DNA from: Octopus bimaculoides
Lineage: Eukaryota
Direction: 5' to 3'
DNA length: 64,000 bases
Assembly: GCF_001194135.2 (NCBI RefSeq)
Contig: NC_068984.1
Span: 45,133,449 to 45,197,448, forward strand
Part shown: one piece after another, positions 14,071 to 27,819 of the stretch
Layout of the letters: every line of letters begins with the position of its first letter
How positions within the stretch are numbered: position 1 is the first letter of the stretch
Made by a program: the position numbers and the translations under genes
The notes under the pieces: generated by a model
What the model saw: only the letters and a program-made list of their open reading frames with translations
Databases searched by the model: none
What the model was told of the DNA's origin: nothing

Positions 14071-15603
14071 ACACTCAGGTATAATACTAAAACATCAGAG
14101 ATCTGTTATCTCTTTTGGCAGCACTGATGAATTCAGGGCACAGCGAATCAACGAAACATTTCTTGACATTCAACGTTTCCGATATTTTCAGCAGAGAATA
14201 ATTATGCACTGTGGCACACATTTACGTTTATTCAGAGAAATATGATCAAGACTCAAGAATAGGTTTTCAAATGTTCTTCTCGTGGATAAACTGTTCTTAA
14301 ATATGTACGTGTGCGTATGTGTGCGTGCGTGTGTGCGTGTGTCTGTGTATTCCTTAACGTATATTTGCATATTTGCATGTCTTTAGTATGTTATGTAAGT
14401 TTATATAAGTATAGATATGATATAAACAACCTTGATACATGTTGACTGCCTGTTTATGTTTTTTATTTCCGTTTTCATCTATATCACGTCGATCAATACG
14501 TTGCATTCAACTAATCTCCAAGTAGGCAAGCATCAAACCCTATATTTCAAACTGGAAAATTAGCAGGCCCGTCGCCAGACTTTGTTGCGTGGGGATTCTT
14601 TAGAATATTCCGGGCGGGCACTAATTTGTATTGCGGGAAGATTTTTGTAAACTGTATTTTCTAAATCTGTGAGTACATCATTGAATAGTGAAGGGACAGT
14701 GCTGTCCAGTTGCACCCCCTTAACGACGGGAATGAGTTTGGGCACAAATTCGACCTGAGCATTAATTGTATGTACTTATTATCTTATGTCATATGGCATC
14801 TTATTACCCACAATTCATATGTGTGTGCATGTGAGCGTTTCTGTATGTATGTATGTATGTATGTATGTATGTATGTATGTATGTATGTATGCATGTATGT
14901 ATGTATGTATGCATGTATGTATGTATAAGTTGTCTGAGAAAATACGTGATGGTCATAAGTGGAAAGCCTTTAACTACGTTATCGATCAGAGTTGTCCTAG
15001 GGCTAAACAACAGTGCAGACCAGGACACGGGATATGAATAAAAAAGAAATTTGTCTGTCTATTAGACGGAAGTTTAGCGCTCCATCGACATCACAATTTG
15101 GGCTTCTTCGGCTTTAATACACTCGAAGTTTATATTGAGACCACTTAAAATTAGTAGTATCATCCATATATAGTGTAATATAAAGAAGAGGAATTCACTT
15201 CTTCAACAGTTATAAAGCTGTCATCTGATTAGCATATATCGAGTTAATAACATAGTGTATCTAAAGACTTCCACGTAGTCATCTATAAATAGAAGTACAT
15301 CTATAGTTTGGGGGGGAAAACCTGATATCATTAAAATATTCTCGCGGCCTCTAAATTTCTAGTTTATCACCACATACATACAAATTTATCTCCGCTTCAA
15401 TCAAAAAGCCTTGTATGACCTTTAGATATAAATATTTATTCACTTAGATACTCAAAATTTATTCGGAGTTTCATTTGAAATAGTAACAAATCTTCTAATT
15501 GTTAAGAAAAGAAAACAGTTTTCTAAAGCAAAGAAAAAATAGATATATGCTATAATCTCGTTTTTCTCCGAAGCATGAACGATAATTTCATTCAATAATT
15601 TCA

Positions 15604-15653
<50 letters not shown>

Positions 15654-15753
15654 TAATAATGTTTTCCTCAACTATAAGCTCAAGGCCTGAAATTTGGTGG
15701 GATGGGTTAGTCGATTATATAATTATAATAAGACTATTACACTCGTTTACTGG

Positions 15754-15865
15754 TCATGCTTCAAGAACTCTGCGAAGAATTTTTGCAGTTCCAAGCAATG
15801 CTGATTTTTGTAGGTGTTCTACCCTTACATTTGTACCAATCTTTTTGAGCCATGTCGGTAGTTGA
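15754..15865 (-). mobile_element. R4/Dong-like non-LTR retrotransposon, ORF C-terminus
   Basis: Translates PTWLKKIGTNVRVEHLQKSALLGTAKILRRVLEA*, the typical end of RLE-type (R4/Dong) ORFs. Confidence 0.8.
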
Positions 15866-15989
15866 GTGCTAAATTCCCGTTTTGTTAGAACTCCTAGATT
15901 TTGCATGCATAGCGGATTTGCTACCTGCAACCTACTATGCTATCTGTTCTTTTCAAATATTTGATACATTCCTGATGATTCTGGCCGTA

Positions 15990-16425
15990 CTAAGGAGGTG
16001 AACGTTTTGCAATAGCTCCACTGGTCATCCTATTCCCATTTCCCTTATATTCCTCTTGATGCCTTCTGATACTGTCCCCAAGGACCCAATAATAATTTGC
16101 ACTATCTTCACATTCTTCATATTTCCACGATCGAACTATCTCATATTTATGAGAATTGTATATGTCTACTTTTTTCATCTTCCTTCTTAACTATTCGTAG
16201 TTCAAAGGGACAGGCAACATCAGTTATCTATATGAACATCTGGTTCACCTCGTCTACCACCACTAGGCCCAACTAGGTGAGCTCAAGTACCTGGTTCTGT
16301 TTGGATTGGAAAATCCCACAGAATTTAACAGGTCTCCGACTCCTCCTCTCTCTAAGGTTTGTCCTCATACCACGTCTTGCCTCTCTCTAATCCCCATTTT
16401 CACAGCTTCCAATGCAGGTTTTTTG
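15990..16425 (-). mobile_element. degraded R4/Dong-like restriction-like endonuclease region
   Basis: Frameshifted pieces LHWKL, LWDFPIQT, LVVVD, DVACPFELRIVKKEDEK and IIIGSLGTVS match RLE motifs; abuts a (TTA)n tract at about 16432. Confidence 0.75.
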
Positions 16426-16430
16426 TTACC

Positions 16431-16482
<52 letters not shown>

Positions 16483-16732
16483 GTCGTTGTTGTTGTTGTT
16501 GTTGTTGTTGTTATTTAGGTGTAGACTTGTGAGTCGGAGAAAAGGAATTGGGGAGGGCACTTGCCCTTGGTGTTCAAGGAGATCTTGGAATGTGAGATTC
16601 CTCGATTATCCCAAGAGGTCATCCTGTACCAAGAGGACTACATCTCTATTACACCCCACGACGTTTTTGTTAACCTTTGTAAACTATGTATATTTCCTTT
16701 CCTTTTCACTGTATACCGTGTATACCTACTCA

Positions 16733-16805
<73 letters not shown>

Positions 16806-16847
16806 GTTGTTGTTGTTGTTGTTGTTATTGTCATTATTATTATTATT

Positions 16848-17366
16848 GAGTGAAAGAGCAACGAATGCCATTTTAGTGACACTGGGGTACAAAACTACGA
16901 AGCCCAATTATGCCCATCCGTCTGATAAGCGTACACCAGGGTACATGCATCACAACCATATATGCGCAACACGGTGATCTCATATCAAAATTAACAGCGC
17001 ATGACCTTACAGTGGAGTTCAATTAGAATTTTCTTCAGGTCGAGTAGCCAATCCCGCTCATAAGGTTCCTGAATAAGGATTGTTTAAGGATGTTGAATGA
17101 ATCACCCATGTTTCCAGAGGTGAATTATTCAAATCCCAAAGAATTCCTCTCAACACATCGCTATGATGCTCCCTGACTACTTCTGCTCGTGATCAGAGAT
17201 GCACATATCATCAGCCACCAAGGGACATGCTCAAGTGGTTAAGGACAAGCAAATCTGTGGTATTGAGCAGAATATTAGACCAAGACAAAACAATGTACAT
17301 GATAACACTTCCAATCAGTTAAGATGAGAAGCCATGAAAGCCACTGCTTGGTACTGCATCAGGGCA
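16848..17366. mobile_element. about 520-bp non-coding element embedded in (TTA)n
   Basis: Complex sequence bounded directly by long (TTA)n on both sides; no long ORF and no tRNA head. Confidence 0.5.
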
Positions 17367-17418
17367 TTTATTATTATTATTATTATTATTATCATTATTA
17401 TTAATATTATTATTATTA

Positions 17419-17491
<73 letters not shown>

Positions 17492-17560
17492 GATTATTAT
17501 TATTGTTGTTCAATAGTTTTATTTTTATAACGTGCTTTCACTTCACTACCGAGCGCAGCC

Positions 17561-17643
<83 letters not shown>

Positions 17644-18219
17644 TCTTATTTATGGTTTCTGGTTTAGGTACAAAGCCAGCAATTTTGATGGGACTGGATT
17701 AATCGATATCATTGATCCCGATACTAAACGGCCAGAAGGGCGTCAGATAACGAGCGTGGAGATTTACACATAAATCATGTGAAACAAAAAGAAAATATCG
17801 AATGGAGTAAAATATATACACAGCGCACAAATGTGAGTATGCGGTTCTGCTGATAGATGAAAACATCAAGCAACAGCCATTTAACACCACAGATGCTGGA
17901 CATACTTCATACGGATGCCAGGCCTTACAATAGATTTCCGATGACATAATATGAAAACCTCGAATATTCTAAAAATGGCTTACATGAAGAACTGAAACTG
18001 TAGAACTTGCAAAAAAAAATAAAATAATAATAATAAGACAGTGATGGTCTGTGTTTCCTTCAAAAAGGCCCACTTCAAAAAGATCACTTCTTTTTCTTAC
18101 AGCAAACTAAATCCTGTTTGTGAACTTATCTAACTTTTAAAGGCTTTATTTTCTAACTAGGACTTCAAAATACTTCAGTCCTGAAGAATAATTAATATTA
18201 TATATTATTTACAGGACTA

Positions 18220-18420
18220 ACGCGGCAAACTGGCAGTGTCGTTAGCACGCTGGACAAAATACTTAGCCGCATTTCGCCCGTCTTTACATTCTGAGTTCAA
18301 ATTCCACTGTGGTCGACTTTACCTTTCATTCTTTTGGGGTCGATAAAATAAGTCAATGTGATCGACTTATTCCCTTCCCTGAGATTGCTGGCCTTGTGCC
18401 AAAATTTGAAATCTATTATT
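18220..18420 (+). mobile_element. SINE-B
   Basis: CTGGCAGTGTCGTTAGCACG head, GAGTTCAAATTCC B box, shared core. Confidence 0.85.
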
Positions 18421-19688
18421 TATAGACTTAAAACCAAAATATTACTCATATTCACGTATCTAACTATACACAATATACCGACTGTATCCAGGAAACCACT
18501 CGTTCCAACTAACACTCATTAAACGCTCTCCTAATCTGAAGTTGTGTCATCTTTCTCTCTCTCAGCCTCTTTTAATGATGCTATAAATAGTTTCTGTGCA
18601 TCTTAAATTCGCCACTATTACACTATTTTTATCTTAATTCATAATCTTATTCGGACCCACCATTTGTCTTTTACAAAAACGTATGTCTTTCTTTCATTAC
18701 TAACGAAACTATTTTATCTATTCCTTAGCTGCCAATTACGCAGCGAATTCGTTGAGTGGCCAGAGCGATAGACAGAATGTCTATTTTCTTTGCTCTAAGT
18801 TCAAATCTCGTTAAGCTGTTTTCCAGCCATCCTTTTGGGGTCATTTAAAAAAAAGTACTAATGCAAGGTGGCGGATAGACAGAGTTATTAGATGGTCGAG
18901 CAAGGTGCTGTTTAACCTTAGCTCAACCCTGATTTAGAAAGAAACAATGAACAAAGACTTTTCAGCGATAACCGTCCTATCTTTTTGTATGTTTATGACT
19001 ATGATGTTTAGTTTGTTCTTTTAATAAGACTGTCAGATGTGATTTGAAGAAGATATAGGCAAGAGGCACACACTTTGTTTCATAACGCATATGTTGTTTT
19101 TTTTTTGTTTTTTTTCTTCATGGGCAAAAGTCAGTGAAGAGAAATATAGAAAGACTTCAATTTAGATTCAAAACAAGTTGTCAGATTCAGTTTCCGTTAT
19201 TTGCTGTACAATCCTCGTAGACTAAACAATAAACTTCCAATCATTCAAGTCCATTATCAATTACATTTTCCTTACCGGCCTATTCTAACAGTTCAGTCTC
19301 TGAAGTCCAATCATACCTGAAAATTTGAAGACAGTTTCAAGGGGTCTATCGTGAAACATTAGTTTCCATTTTTCTCGACAAATTACCTTATACATAATTT
19401 ACATATATTCCCTAAATATTTATTCCAGCGCAAACAAAGGCATCAACCAGGGGAAGCGTGCGTTCGAATCTTAGCTCGACTTCACTGATGTATTCTATAT
19501 ATGAATTTGCTTCCTATTGTCTCTAAAACTTGTGTAGGCGTGTGTGGGATATGAATATATATTTACATACAGATGTGTATGCATATATAAATAAAAAGAA
19601 AACACATATTCTGGTGTGTGTGTGTGTGCGTGTGTGTGTGTGTGCGTGTGTGTGTGGGGNNNNNNNNNNNNNNNNNNNNNNNNNNNNN

Positions 19689-19720
<32 letters not shown>

Positions 19721-19934
19721 TTGTTCATACTCACACTTAGATGAATGCATTAATTTTACCTTATCCTCCAGCCACCAACAAAATCGCTCCGTATGTTCAA
19801 TGTGCTTCAAACTACAGTGAGAACACAAATGTGCGCGCATGTACATGCGCACGCGCACACATGCACGTTCACATATAAACATACGCATATATCAGCGCAA
19901 GCGCTTACAGAAACGAATAATGAATCCAGCTCGC

Positions 19935-20180
19935 AAGGCGATGAGCTTGCAGAAACGTTAGCACGCCGTGCGAAATGCTTAGCGGTATTTCGTCTGCCGT
20001 TACATTCTGAGTTCAAATTCCGCCGATGTCCACTTTACCTTTCATCCTTTCGGGGTCGATTAAATAAGTACCAGTTACGCACTGGAGTCGATATAATCGA
20101 CTTAATCCGTTTGTCTGTCCTTGTTTGTCCCCTCTGTGTGTAGCCCCTTGTGGGCAAAAAAAAAGAAAAAAGAAATAAGA
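19935..20180 (+). mobile_element. SINE-B, long-tail variant
   Basis: Tail GTCTGTCCTTGTTTGTCCCC...GAAATAAGA; AGAAACGAATAA(T/C)GAATCC at 19909-19927 and 20178-20196 is a probable TSD. Confidence 0.9.
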
Positions 20181-21636
20181 AACGAATAACGAATCCTTGT
20201 GGGTCTTCACATTTTAACATTCTCTTCTCACCTTGGCTTTGATGCTACCAAGCGTGAACATGTCGCTGATCTCCTGTTGCATGAAATAGCTGCCAGATTT
20301 CCCTCGCTAAACTAAAATGCTATTGTGCGAAAACAGAAATTGCACATTAGGTAATTTATTCCTAGGTACATTATGTCTGAAAGAAGGAAAAAGGAATTCA
20401 ACGACTGGAACCTATTGATCATTGATCTGCTGGATCAGAAATCTCTTCTTCATAATGTAATTACAACAACCTTAATATAGCTGACATTTTAGTAGTATGT
20501 GTCATTCCCAAAATTAATTTATCCAGCTGAGGTCTGTCTTACAAATAATGGTGAAAGAAAATAGTTATATAGAGCTTCCCAAAAATCCATTTAAAAATAA
20601 GAGGTGCGCACGTGAGAGATACTGTCAACGAAATTTTACTCAGTCCGGCGGCTATTTGCAATATCAGTGAATGTATTAGTCACTGTTTACTACATCGGAG
20701 GCAAAAGCTTTCGTCTAGGCATGTAACTGAGTGTACACGTCATTCAAAAAGCCCGGTGAAGGCTGAGATGCATTTGGTGCTGTTACTAGTCTGCTTCAGG
20801 GGTGATTTTTCGCTTCTCTTCTGTATGTATATATTGTGTTACTTTCATAAGAGATTTTATCTCAGGCAGAATCCACAGTATCTTACCTGTCAGCGGTGTA
20901 TATACGCTAAGAATGTACATAGAAGCCTATTTTTATTCAATACTGCCTCAATTCCGCACATTGAATACATACATGCAAGCATACATACGTACATAAATAC
21001 ACACATTCATAAATTCATGCATGCATGCCATACATGTAGATAAATAGCTAGATAGATAGCTGCCTATATATGTATATGTATATATATAAATCATATACAC
21101 ACTTATATGTATATATATTTATATGTGTGTGCACATACATGCACACGCACACACATATACATGCAATATATACATATGCACATATATATACATACATACA
21201 TACAAACACAAGCGCATGACATTTATGTATGCATAACATAAGAATAATCTTAGTATAATGTGTGTACGTGCGTGAGTGTGCACGCGCGTGTAAGACGTAT
21301 AATATATATGTATATATATATGTATATATATATGTATATATATATATATATGTATATATATATGNNNNNNNNNNNNNNNNNNNNNNNNNNNNNNNNNNNN
21401 NNNNNNNNNNNNNNNNNNNNNNNNNNNNNNNNNNNNNNNNNNNNNNNNNNNNNNNNNNNNNNNNNNNNNNNNNNNNNNNNNNNNNNNNNNNNNNNNNNNN
21501 NNNNNNNNNNNNNNNNNNNNNNNNNNNNNNNNNNNNNNNNNNNNNNNNNNNNNNNNNNNNNNNNNNNNNNNNNNNNNNNNNNNNNNNNNNNNNNNNNNNN
21601 NNNNNNNNNNNNNNNNNNNNNNNNNNNNNNNNNNNN

Positions 21637-21672
<36 letters not shown>

Positions 21673-21784
21673 GAGTGTATGCGTGTGTGGGTGCACGTAT
21701 GACACGTCAACTATCGATCATTCGTCCTTGGCCCAACATTAAAAATAGATAAAAACACATAAATACATATATGGTAACAGCAGT

Positions 21785-21815
<31 letters not shown>

Positions 21816-22421
21816 GCAGCAGAAATGTCACAAAGATAAAAAAATGTAATAAAAAAGAACAACCATAAGCATAACAAGAGCAACAACAACAACGATTTTC
21901 CAGGTTGAACGTATATACCTCAGTACTAGCTGTAATTTTTATTCCTTTAATTGCTCTTTTTCTTTCTTTTCTTCTTCCTTCTATTCCTCCTCCCTCTTTC
22001 TCGTTTTCTTTTATAATACAGTTCTTGTGTCTTCCTCCTTCTCTTCCTCTTACTGCGACTCCTCTACCTTCCCACAGTTGTACTATTAGCAAGTCACTCC
22101 CACCAAACGACACGTCCCGAGGCTAACAACATAATATGACAGAATTTCGTCATCGCCACTTTTATTAATTTCGTTCGTCTATTTTGTTCATATTTTATAT
22201 GTATTTGTGTAAGCCACATACGCAGCACTATAGCGCGCGCCGTAACGAATAGATTTCCATATAATTGTGTGTGTATGTATGTATGTATGTGTGTGTGTGT
22301 ATGTGTGTATGTATGTATAGCATAAGTTTACGTCACTGCTGTGACGGCAAAGGGATGAGAAAAGGGGGATAAGGAATAAAGGCGTTACAACCAGAAAGGG
22401 ATACAAATCTTGAACTACTAT

Positions 22422-22482
<61 letters not shown>

Positions 22483-23587
22483 ACTAATTGTGCGTGGGCG
22501 AATGTGCTATTTTGTCTCGGGATTTATACTTTACAGTTTTAGCAATGATGCTAATTGAGCAGAGATTTAGGGAAGTTATTGTTTCGTATCGCGATTCATT
22601 TTCATTAACTGGGGAAGGGTACTTTAATGCGTTCCCTTCCCCAACTGTTTTTTTCTTCTTAATGGTTAATGGTTATTGCTATTGATGTAGTCTACATTTT
22701 TTAAGTTAAGCTGCATTTGCCATTGCATCTTTCCATCATTTTATGAAACAGGCCATGGTTTGACAGTGATTTGGCTCACAATAATTTTCTAGCACAGGGT
22801 TCAGTCATTTTTTCTTTTTTTTTTTTTTGACCCCTTTGATTACTACTTTATTCTGGTGGACCCCCTTAGCCATTCGATTTTTAAAAACTAATTTTATAGA
22901 AACTTCTCTCAGAATTCCTATTTTGTTTTTCATACATTAACTTGTGTCGGTTGAAGCATATAAAATGTCAAACTTTGCTGCTTCTTGCGATACATACCAA
23001 TACATATATCTAAAACATTTTTTCAGAGAGCCTTAAAATACTATTGTGGNNNNNNNNNNNNNNNNNNNNNNNNNNNNNNNNNNNNNNNNNNNNNNNNNNN
23101 NNNNNNNNNNNNNNNNNNNNNNNNNNNNNNNNNNNNNNNNNNNNNNNNNNNNNNNNNNNNNNNNNNNNNNNNNNNNNNNNNNNNNNNNNNNNNNNNNNNN
23201 NNNNNNNNNNNNNNNNNNNNNNNNNNNNNNNNNNNNNNNNNNNNNNNNNNNNNNNNNNNNNNNNNNNNNNNNNNNNNNNNNNNNNNNNNNNNNNNNNNNN
23301 NNNNNNNNNNNNNNNNNNNNNNNNNNNNNNNNNNNNNNNNNNNNNNNNNNNNNNNNNNNNNNNNNNNNNNNNNNNNNNNNNNNNNNNNNNNNNNNNNNNN
23401 NNNNNNNNNNNNNNNNNNNNNNNNNNNNNNNNNNNNNNNNNNNNNGTAAGAACGACCGTGCGAACCAAAAGGAGAAATGGTGACGAATGGAAAACAGGCT
23501 CCTTTTTTAACGCGTCACACGGTCGACACAATAATATAAAATGATAAATATATGTTATAATTCTATAATATAGAGAACTAAGAAATT

Positions 23588-24507
23588 TGCCAGTAAGATA
23601 CAAGATAGGAACGCAACCGATAAAGATGTATAACAGTAAGATTTATTGGAGCATTAAACTGTATGTCTGTGTGTGAGTGAATGCGACATAATGAAACACA
23701 ATATAAGACTGGCCGTCATGTAAACAAACGAGTGCGTATACAAATGTATGTATGTGTATGTAAGAGTTACAGAGTATAGAACAGAGTCAGTAACACGGAT
23801 AATAAGAGTATAGAACAGAGTCAGTAACACGGATAATAATATAAGATACCAGTTCTTAGTTAGGGTACACAGTAGTAAGTGTCTGTATATAAGAAGTTAA
23901 GGTTAAGGCAGTGCGGTCACTCGTCGTGATGCTGGGGCTTCTATGCCGGGCCGGGTTCTTGAATACAGATGTTCTTCGCAGGTTGAATTCTGGCTGTTAA
24001 TTTCGTGGTGAGGCGATTCACACAAATAGGGTTGAGAAGAGAAACTGCGGTGGCTGTTTGGTAGCTTGTGTACGTGTAGAAGTCATATTGACGCTGGCGG
24101 CGATGCTGGTAGTCGTAGTTGAAGTGGTTGTTGATGTCGTCACTGGAACTGGCTGGTTGGTTGGTGCTGTGTTACGCGTGTGTGGTCAAACGACCAGATC
24201 CTACAAGATCTGAGCCGCGACGAATTGGCGGGTATCTAGCAGGCTATTTATAGATACAGATAGCCTCCAGAGAAGCATCAGAAGAACACTCTCACGTGAC
24301 CTTATTAGGGGCTACAGCTGGTCGATTTGCGTCGTGGCTCGAACGGTGTGGAGACAATTGCCGCCCAAATAATAGTCAGTCAGGTGATGGACACAGCAGG
24401 CGGGAAAGAGTTGCTTTCTACTACGCTCGCCTGTTAATATATATACTAGTGAGAGAAGTGTTCACTACATATATATCAGCTCAGGCGGCATATGTCTGCT
24501 AATGGCA
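23588..24507 (-). mobile_element. putative solo LTR
   Basis: TGCCA...TGGCA termini, minus-strand TATAAATA (24245-24252) and AATAAA (23642-23647), GC-richer than flanks; no matching TSD found. Confidence 0.4.
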
Positions 24508-24589
24508 CCATGTGAACTGTTACTTCCTATCTGTCCGGTAAGTCCGTCAGCGACTTGACCGGCATGGAAATCTTTTTCTGTAGTTAGGA

Positions 24590-24990
24590 GAGATGGCCAG
24601 ACACAAAACTTATCAAAAGAGCAAAGTCTCTTGCAGACCAACGTCTAATCAATGCAACTGTTTCCACCTTTAGTTGTCGAGGTACCTTACCTTTGAATTT
24701 ATGTGGGGATCGGCTAGGTCTGTCACTTCTGGTTCGTTTAATTACGTTGCATTCTTCCTTCTTGTCATACAGTAGTACAGGTACAGTAGTACAGTACAGA
24801 GTTTTGTAGTACAGTACAGAGTTTTGTAGTACAGTACAGAGTTTTGGGCACGAGTCAGAATATATCGATATTTTTTTTTTAATTTGGTAGTTTTTAATGC
24901 ACCATACCAGAGCATTTTTTACTTCTTTCAGCCAGTCATGTTGGGTCACTGCCATAAAGGGTTTGGTTGAACAAATCCAACCCCAGTAAT
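24590..24990 (-). mobile_element. degraded LINE APE endonuclease fragment with internal 20-bp tandem repeat
   Basis: ORF 24584-25003 contains WLKEVKNA..IKNYQ..RSDR..VALI..RDFALL, resembling the APE N-terminus; AGTACAGTACAGAGTTTTGT repeated at about 24788-24847. Confidence 0.45.
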
Positions 24991-25192
24991 CTTTTTTAAG
25001 CATACTACTTACTCGGTGGTTTTTGTTGAATCACTAAGTTATAGCGACGTAAATAAACCAGCGCCGGTTGTCTAATTGTAGGTAGTAACAAACAGGGAGC
25101 ATACAAAGGCACACATACACATACAGAGACATATACATATATCTTTATACACACATACATATAATATAGATATAGATATATATAGATATACA

Positions 25193-25312
25193 TGGTTCCT
25201 GGTTCAGTCCCACAGCGTGGCATCTTAGGCAAGTGTCTTCTACTATAGCCTCCCGCCAACCAAAGCCTTGTGAGTGGATTTGGTAAACGGAAACTGAAAG
25301 AAGCTCATCCTA
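25193..25312 (+). mobile_element. SINE-C (CORE-like), 5'-truncated
   Basis: GGTTCAGTCCC B box, CTTAGGCAAGTGTCTTCTAC core, GGAAACTGAAAGAAG. Confidence 0.85.
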
Positions 25313-25317
25313 TATAT

Positions 25318-25363
<46 letters not shown>

Positions 25364-25481
25364 ATATACAGATAGATAGATGGACAGACAGACAGACATG
25401 TATACATGCATACATACATGCATACATACATGCATGCATACATATATACATACATACATACATACATACATACATACATAC

Positions 25482-25643
25482 AACGGATTTCCAGACTGTT
25501 TCCGTCTACCAAATTCACTCACCAGGCAATTGTCGGTCCAGGCCATCGCAGAAGACACTTAGGCAAGTGCCATACAAAGGGGCTGAACCCAAAACCATGC
25601 GGTTGCTTGGCGAGTTTCTTAACCACTCTGCCATACTTGCGCC
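25482..25643 (-). mobile_element. SINE-C
   Basis: Reverse copy with head TGGCAGAGTGGTTAAG and the same core as 25193. Confidence 0.8.
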
Positions 25644-26124
25644 TACAATTTGTAATTATGTGAAATGTTTTGCGACAATATACAACTGTTTCAAAACAGT
25701 GTGTGTGTGTATGTTTGCGTGCACGCGCGAAATACAAACATACACANNNNNNNNNNNNNNNNNNNNNNNNNNNNNNNNNNNNNNNNNNNNNNNNNNNNNN
25801 NNNNNNNNNNNNNNNNNNNNNNNNNNNNNNNNNNNNNNNNNNNNNNNNNNNNNNNNNNNNNNNNNNNNNNNNNNNNNNNNNNNNNNNNNNNNNNNNNNNN
25901 NNNNNNNNNNNNNNNNNNNNNNNNNNNNNNNNNNNNNNNNNNNNNNNNNNNNNNNNNNNNNNNNNNNNNNNNNNNNNNNNNNNNNNNNNNNNNNNNNNNN
26001 NNNNNNNNNNNNNNNNNNNNNNNNNNNNNNNNNNNNNNNNNNNNNNNNNNNNNNNNNNNNNNNNNNNNNNNNNNNNNNNNNNNNNNNNNNNNTTTTTTTT
26101 TTTTTTTTTTTTTTCTCAGTTTTA

Positions 26125-26560
26125 ATATCTGTTTGAGATATTTATTGCTTGAAAAGAAAGACAGAGAGGTAAGAGAAACCCGAGCGGTCGAAAATATAAA
26201 ATCGAACTCTCAGACCTACTGCAAATTCGCAAAAGAATCCACTTCGGTGTGCAACAAGATAGATCCACTGTTTGATGAACGTGGCTTACTGCCTGCAGAA
26301 CCCATGAGGATTGGTGAAATACTAAAAAAATAATTCCAAAATGTTTTCAGCTCTCCACTGGGAGATATGCAAATAAATGAGCCTGTTAAGTTCTTCAACA
26401 CCGCAGATTCACAGTGAAAGACAACCTTCGATTACATTGACTTAAAGAATAAGATGTAATACAGGCCACTGATAAAATAGATTGGACTGGGCAATAGATC
26501 CTCTTGGTTTTCCAATTATTCTTTGAAAGACAAACGAAAATGTTCTCGCCAAACAAAGCT
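26125..26560 (+). mobile_element. CR1/Jockey-group LINE ORF2 fragment
   Basis: KFAKESTSVCNKIDPLFDERG...FQNVFSSPLGDMQINEP is homologous to the 33.2-33.5 kb region. Confidence 0.75.
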
Positions 26561-27819
26561 TTCTTGCATGCGCAGCTGATAAAACCATCGGTTACGAAAT
26601 AATGAATCATTTATTCGTTAATTAAGCAATTAGTTTAACTCCTAATACATTACTCAGAGAATAATGTGAACACAGAACTAACTACTTGACAAGTCTATTT
26701 CAGTAGAGATGTATAAGAGGCAAAAATTTATGCTCTTCGGCCATAAATGATATGTGGCTATTTCATCACGTGTGTTAAAACGTTAGTTAGGCAGTCATAA
26801 ATAATTATGTCCTTTCATAAGATCAAAAAAGAAAAACGAAATAATATCTCCTAAACAAATGAGATTAAGATACTTCTGAACGACCACTAAGATTTGCTAA
26901 TAAGTAGCTGTTTGAAAATATTTTGACCGACTGCAACTTCTTTAATATGTCACCAATGGCTTGATACTTAAACTCTACTTGTGTAATACTTCATGCTTAG
27001 TGCGCGAATCGTACGAAAAGTTTAAAATAAATTATGCTGTTTATACACAGTAATGTTCATGAGGAAATAATTTAAAAAGGAAAAAAATTGCATGCAGCAA
27101 CACGTTTAGAGATAATGAATAACTGTAAAGATAATTTCGGTTAACTTCATTACATGTGGATGATAGTTCCATAAGCAGTGCTCTGGCAGCGAAAGCTTCC
27201 ATGTTTACTGCATGTTTTACTTCGGATTCTCAACAATGCACACGTTCAGTAAATCTGTTTTCTTAAATAGCTCAATGCTACAATTGCATACACGCATCTG
27301 CGTGAAAATACACACCTCGATGTACACATTCATGCACACATACCTCTGGTTATCTCAAACCAACAAGCCCACCTCATCATTATAGTGTCCCTTACCTTCA
27401 AACAATAGGTCCCAGATCAATATAGACACACGCTTAGGCACACACACATGCTTAGGCACACACACATACATCATGCGCGCGCGCGTGCACCTCTATATGT
27501 AGAGCGATATATTTTTATCTTTGGACACACACTATAGTGTCCCTTCACCAAGAAAGGCAAATCTTCTCACCTTGCCAGCAATATTCTAATAGCATCTTAG
27601 TCCAACATCTCATATATTTTTGTACAAATGCATTTTAACATACAGGCATACATACATACACACATACACACATGTGCATACATACATGGATGCATGCGTA
27701 CATACATCCATCCATACATACATACATACACACACGTGCATACATACATGGATACATGCGTACATACATACATGCATACATTCATACATACATACAAAAA
27801 TGCATACATGCTTGCGTGC

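Noticed and set aside
14124-14170. CTGATGA...CGAAAC hammerhead-like spacing
   Set aside because: Helix II has an unpaired insertion, and helix III and the cleavage triplet do not form.
14564-14734. Possible 170-bp MITE (CAGGCCCGTCGCCA / TAACGACGGGAATG)
   Set aside because: TIR match is only 10 of 14 and there is no TSD; too weak to call.
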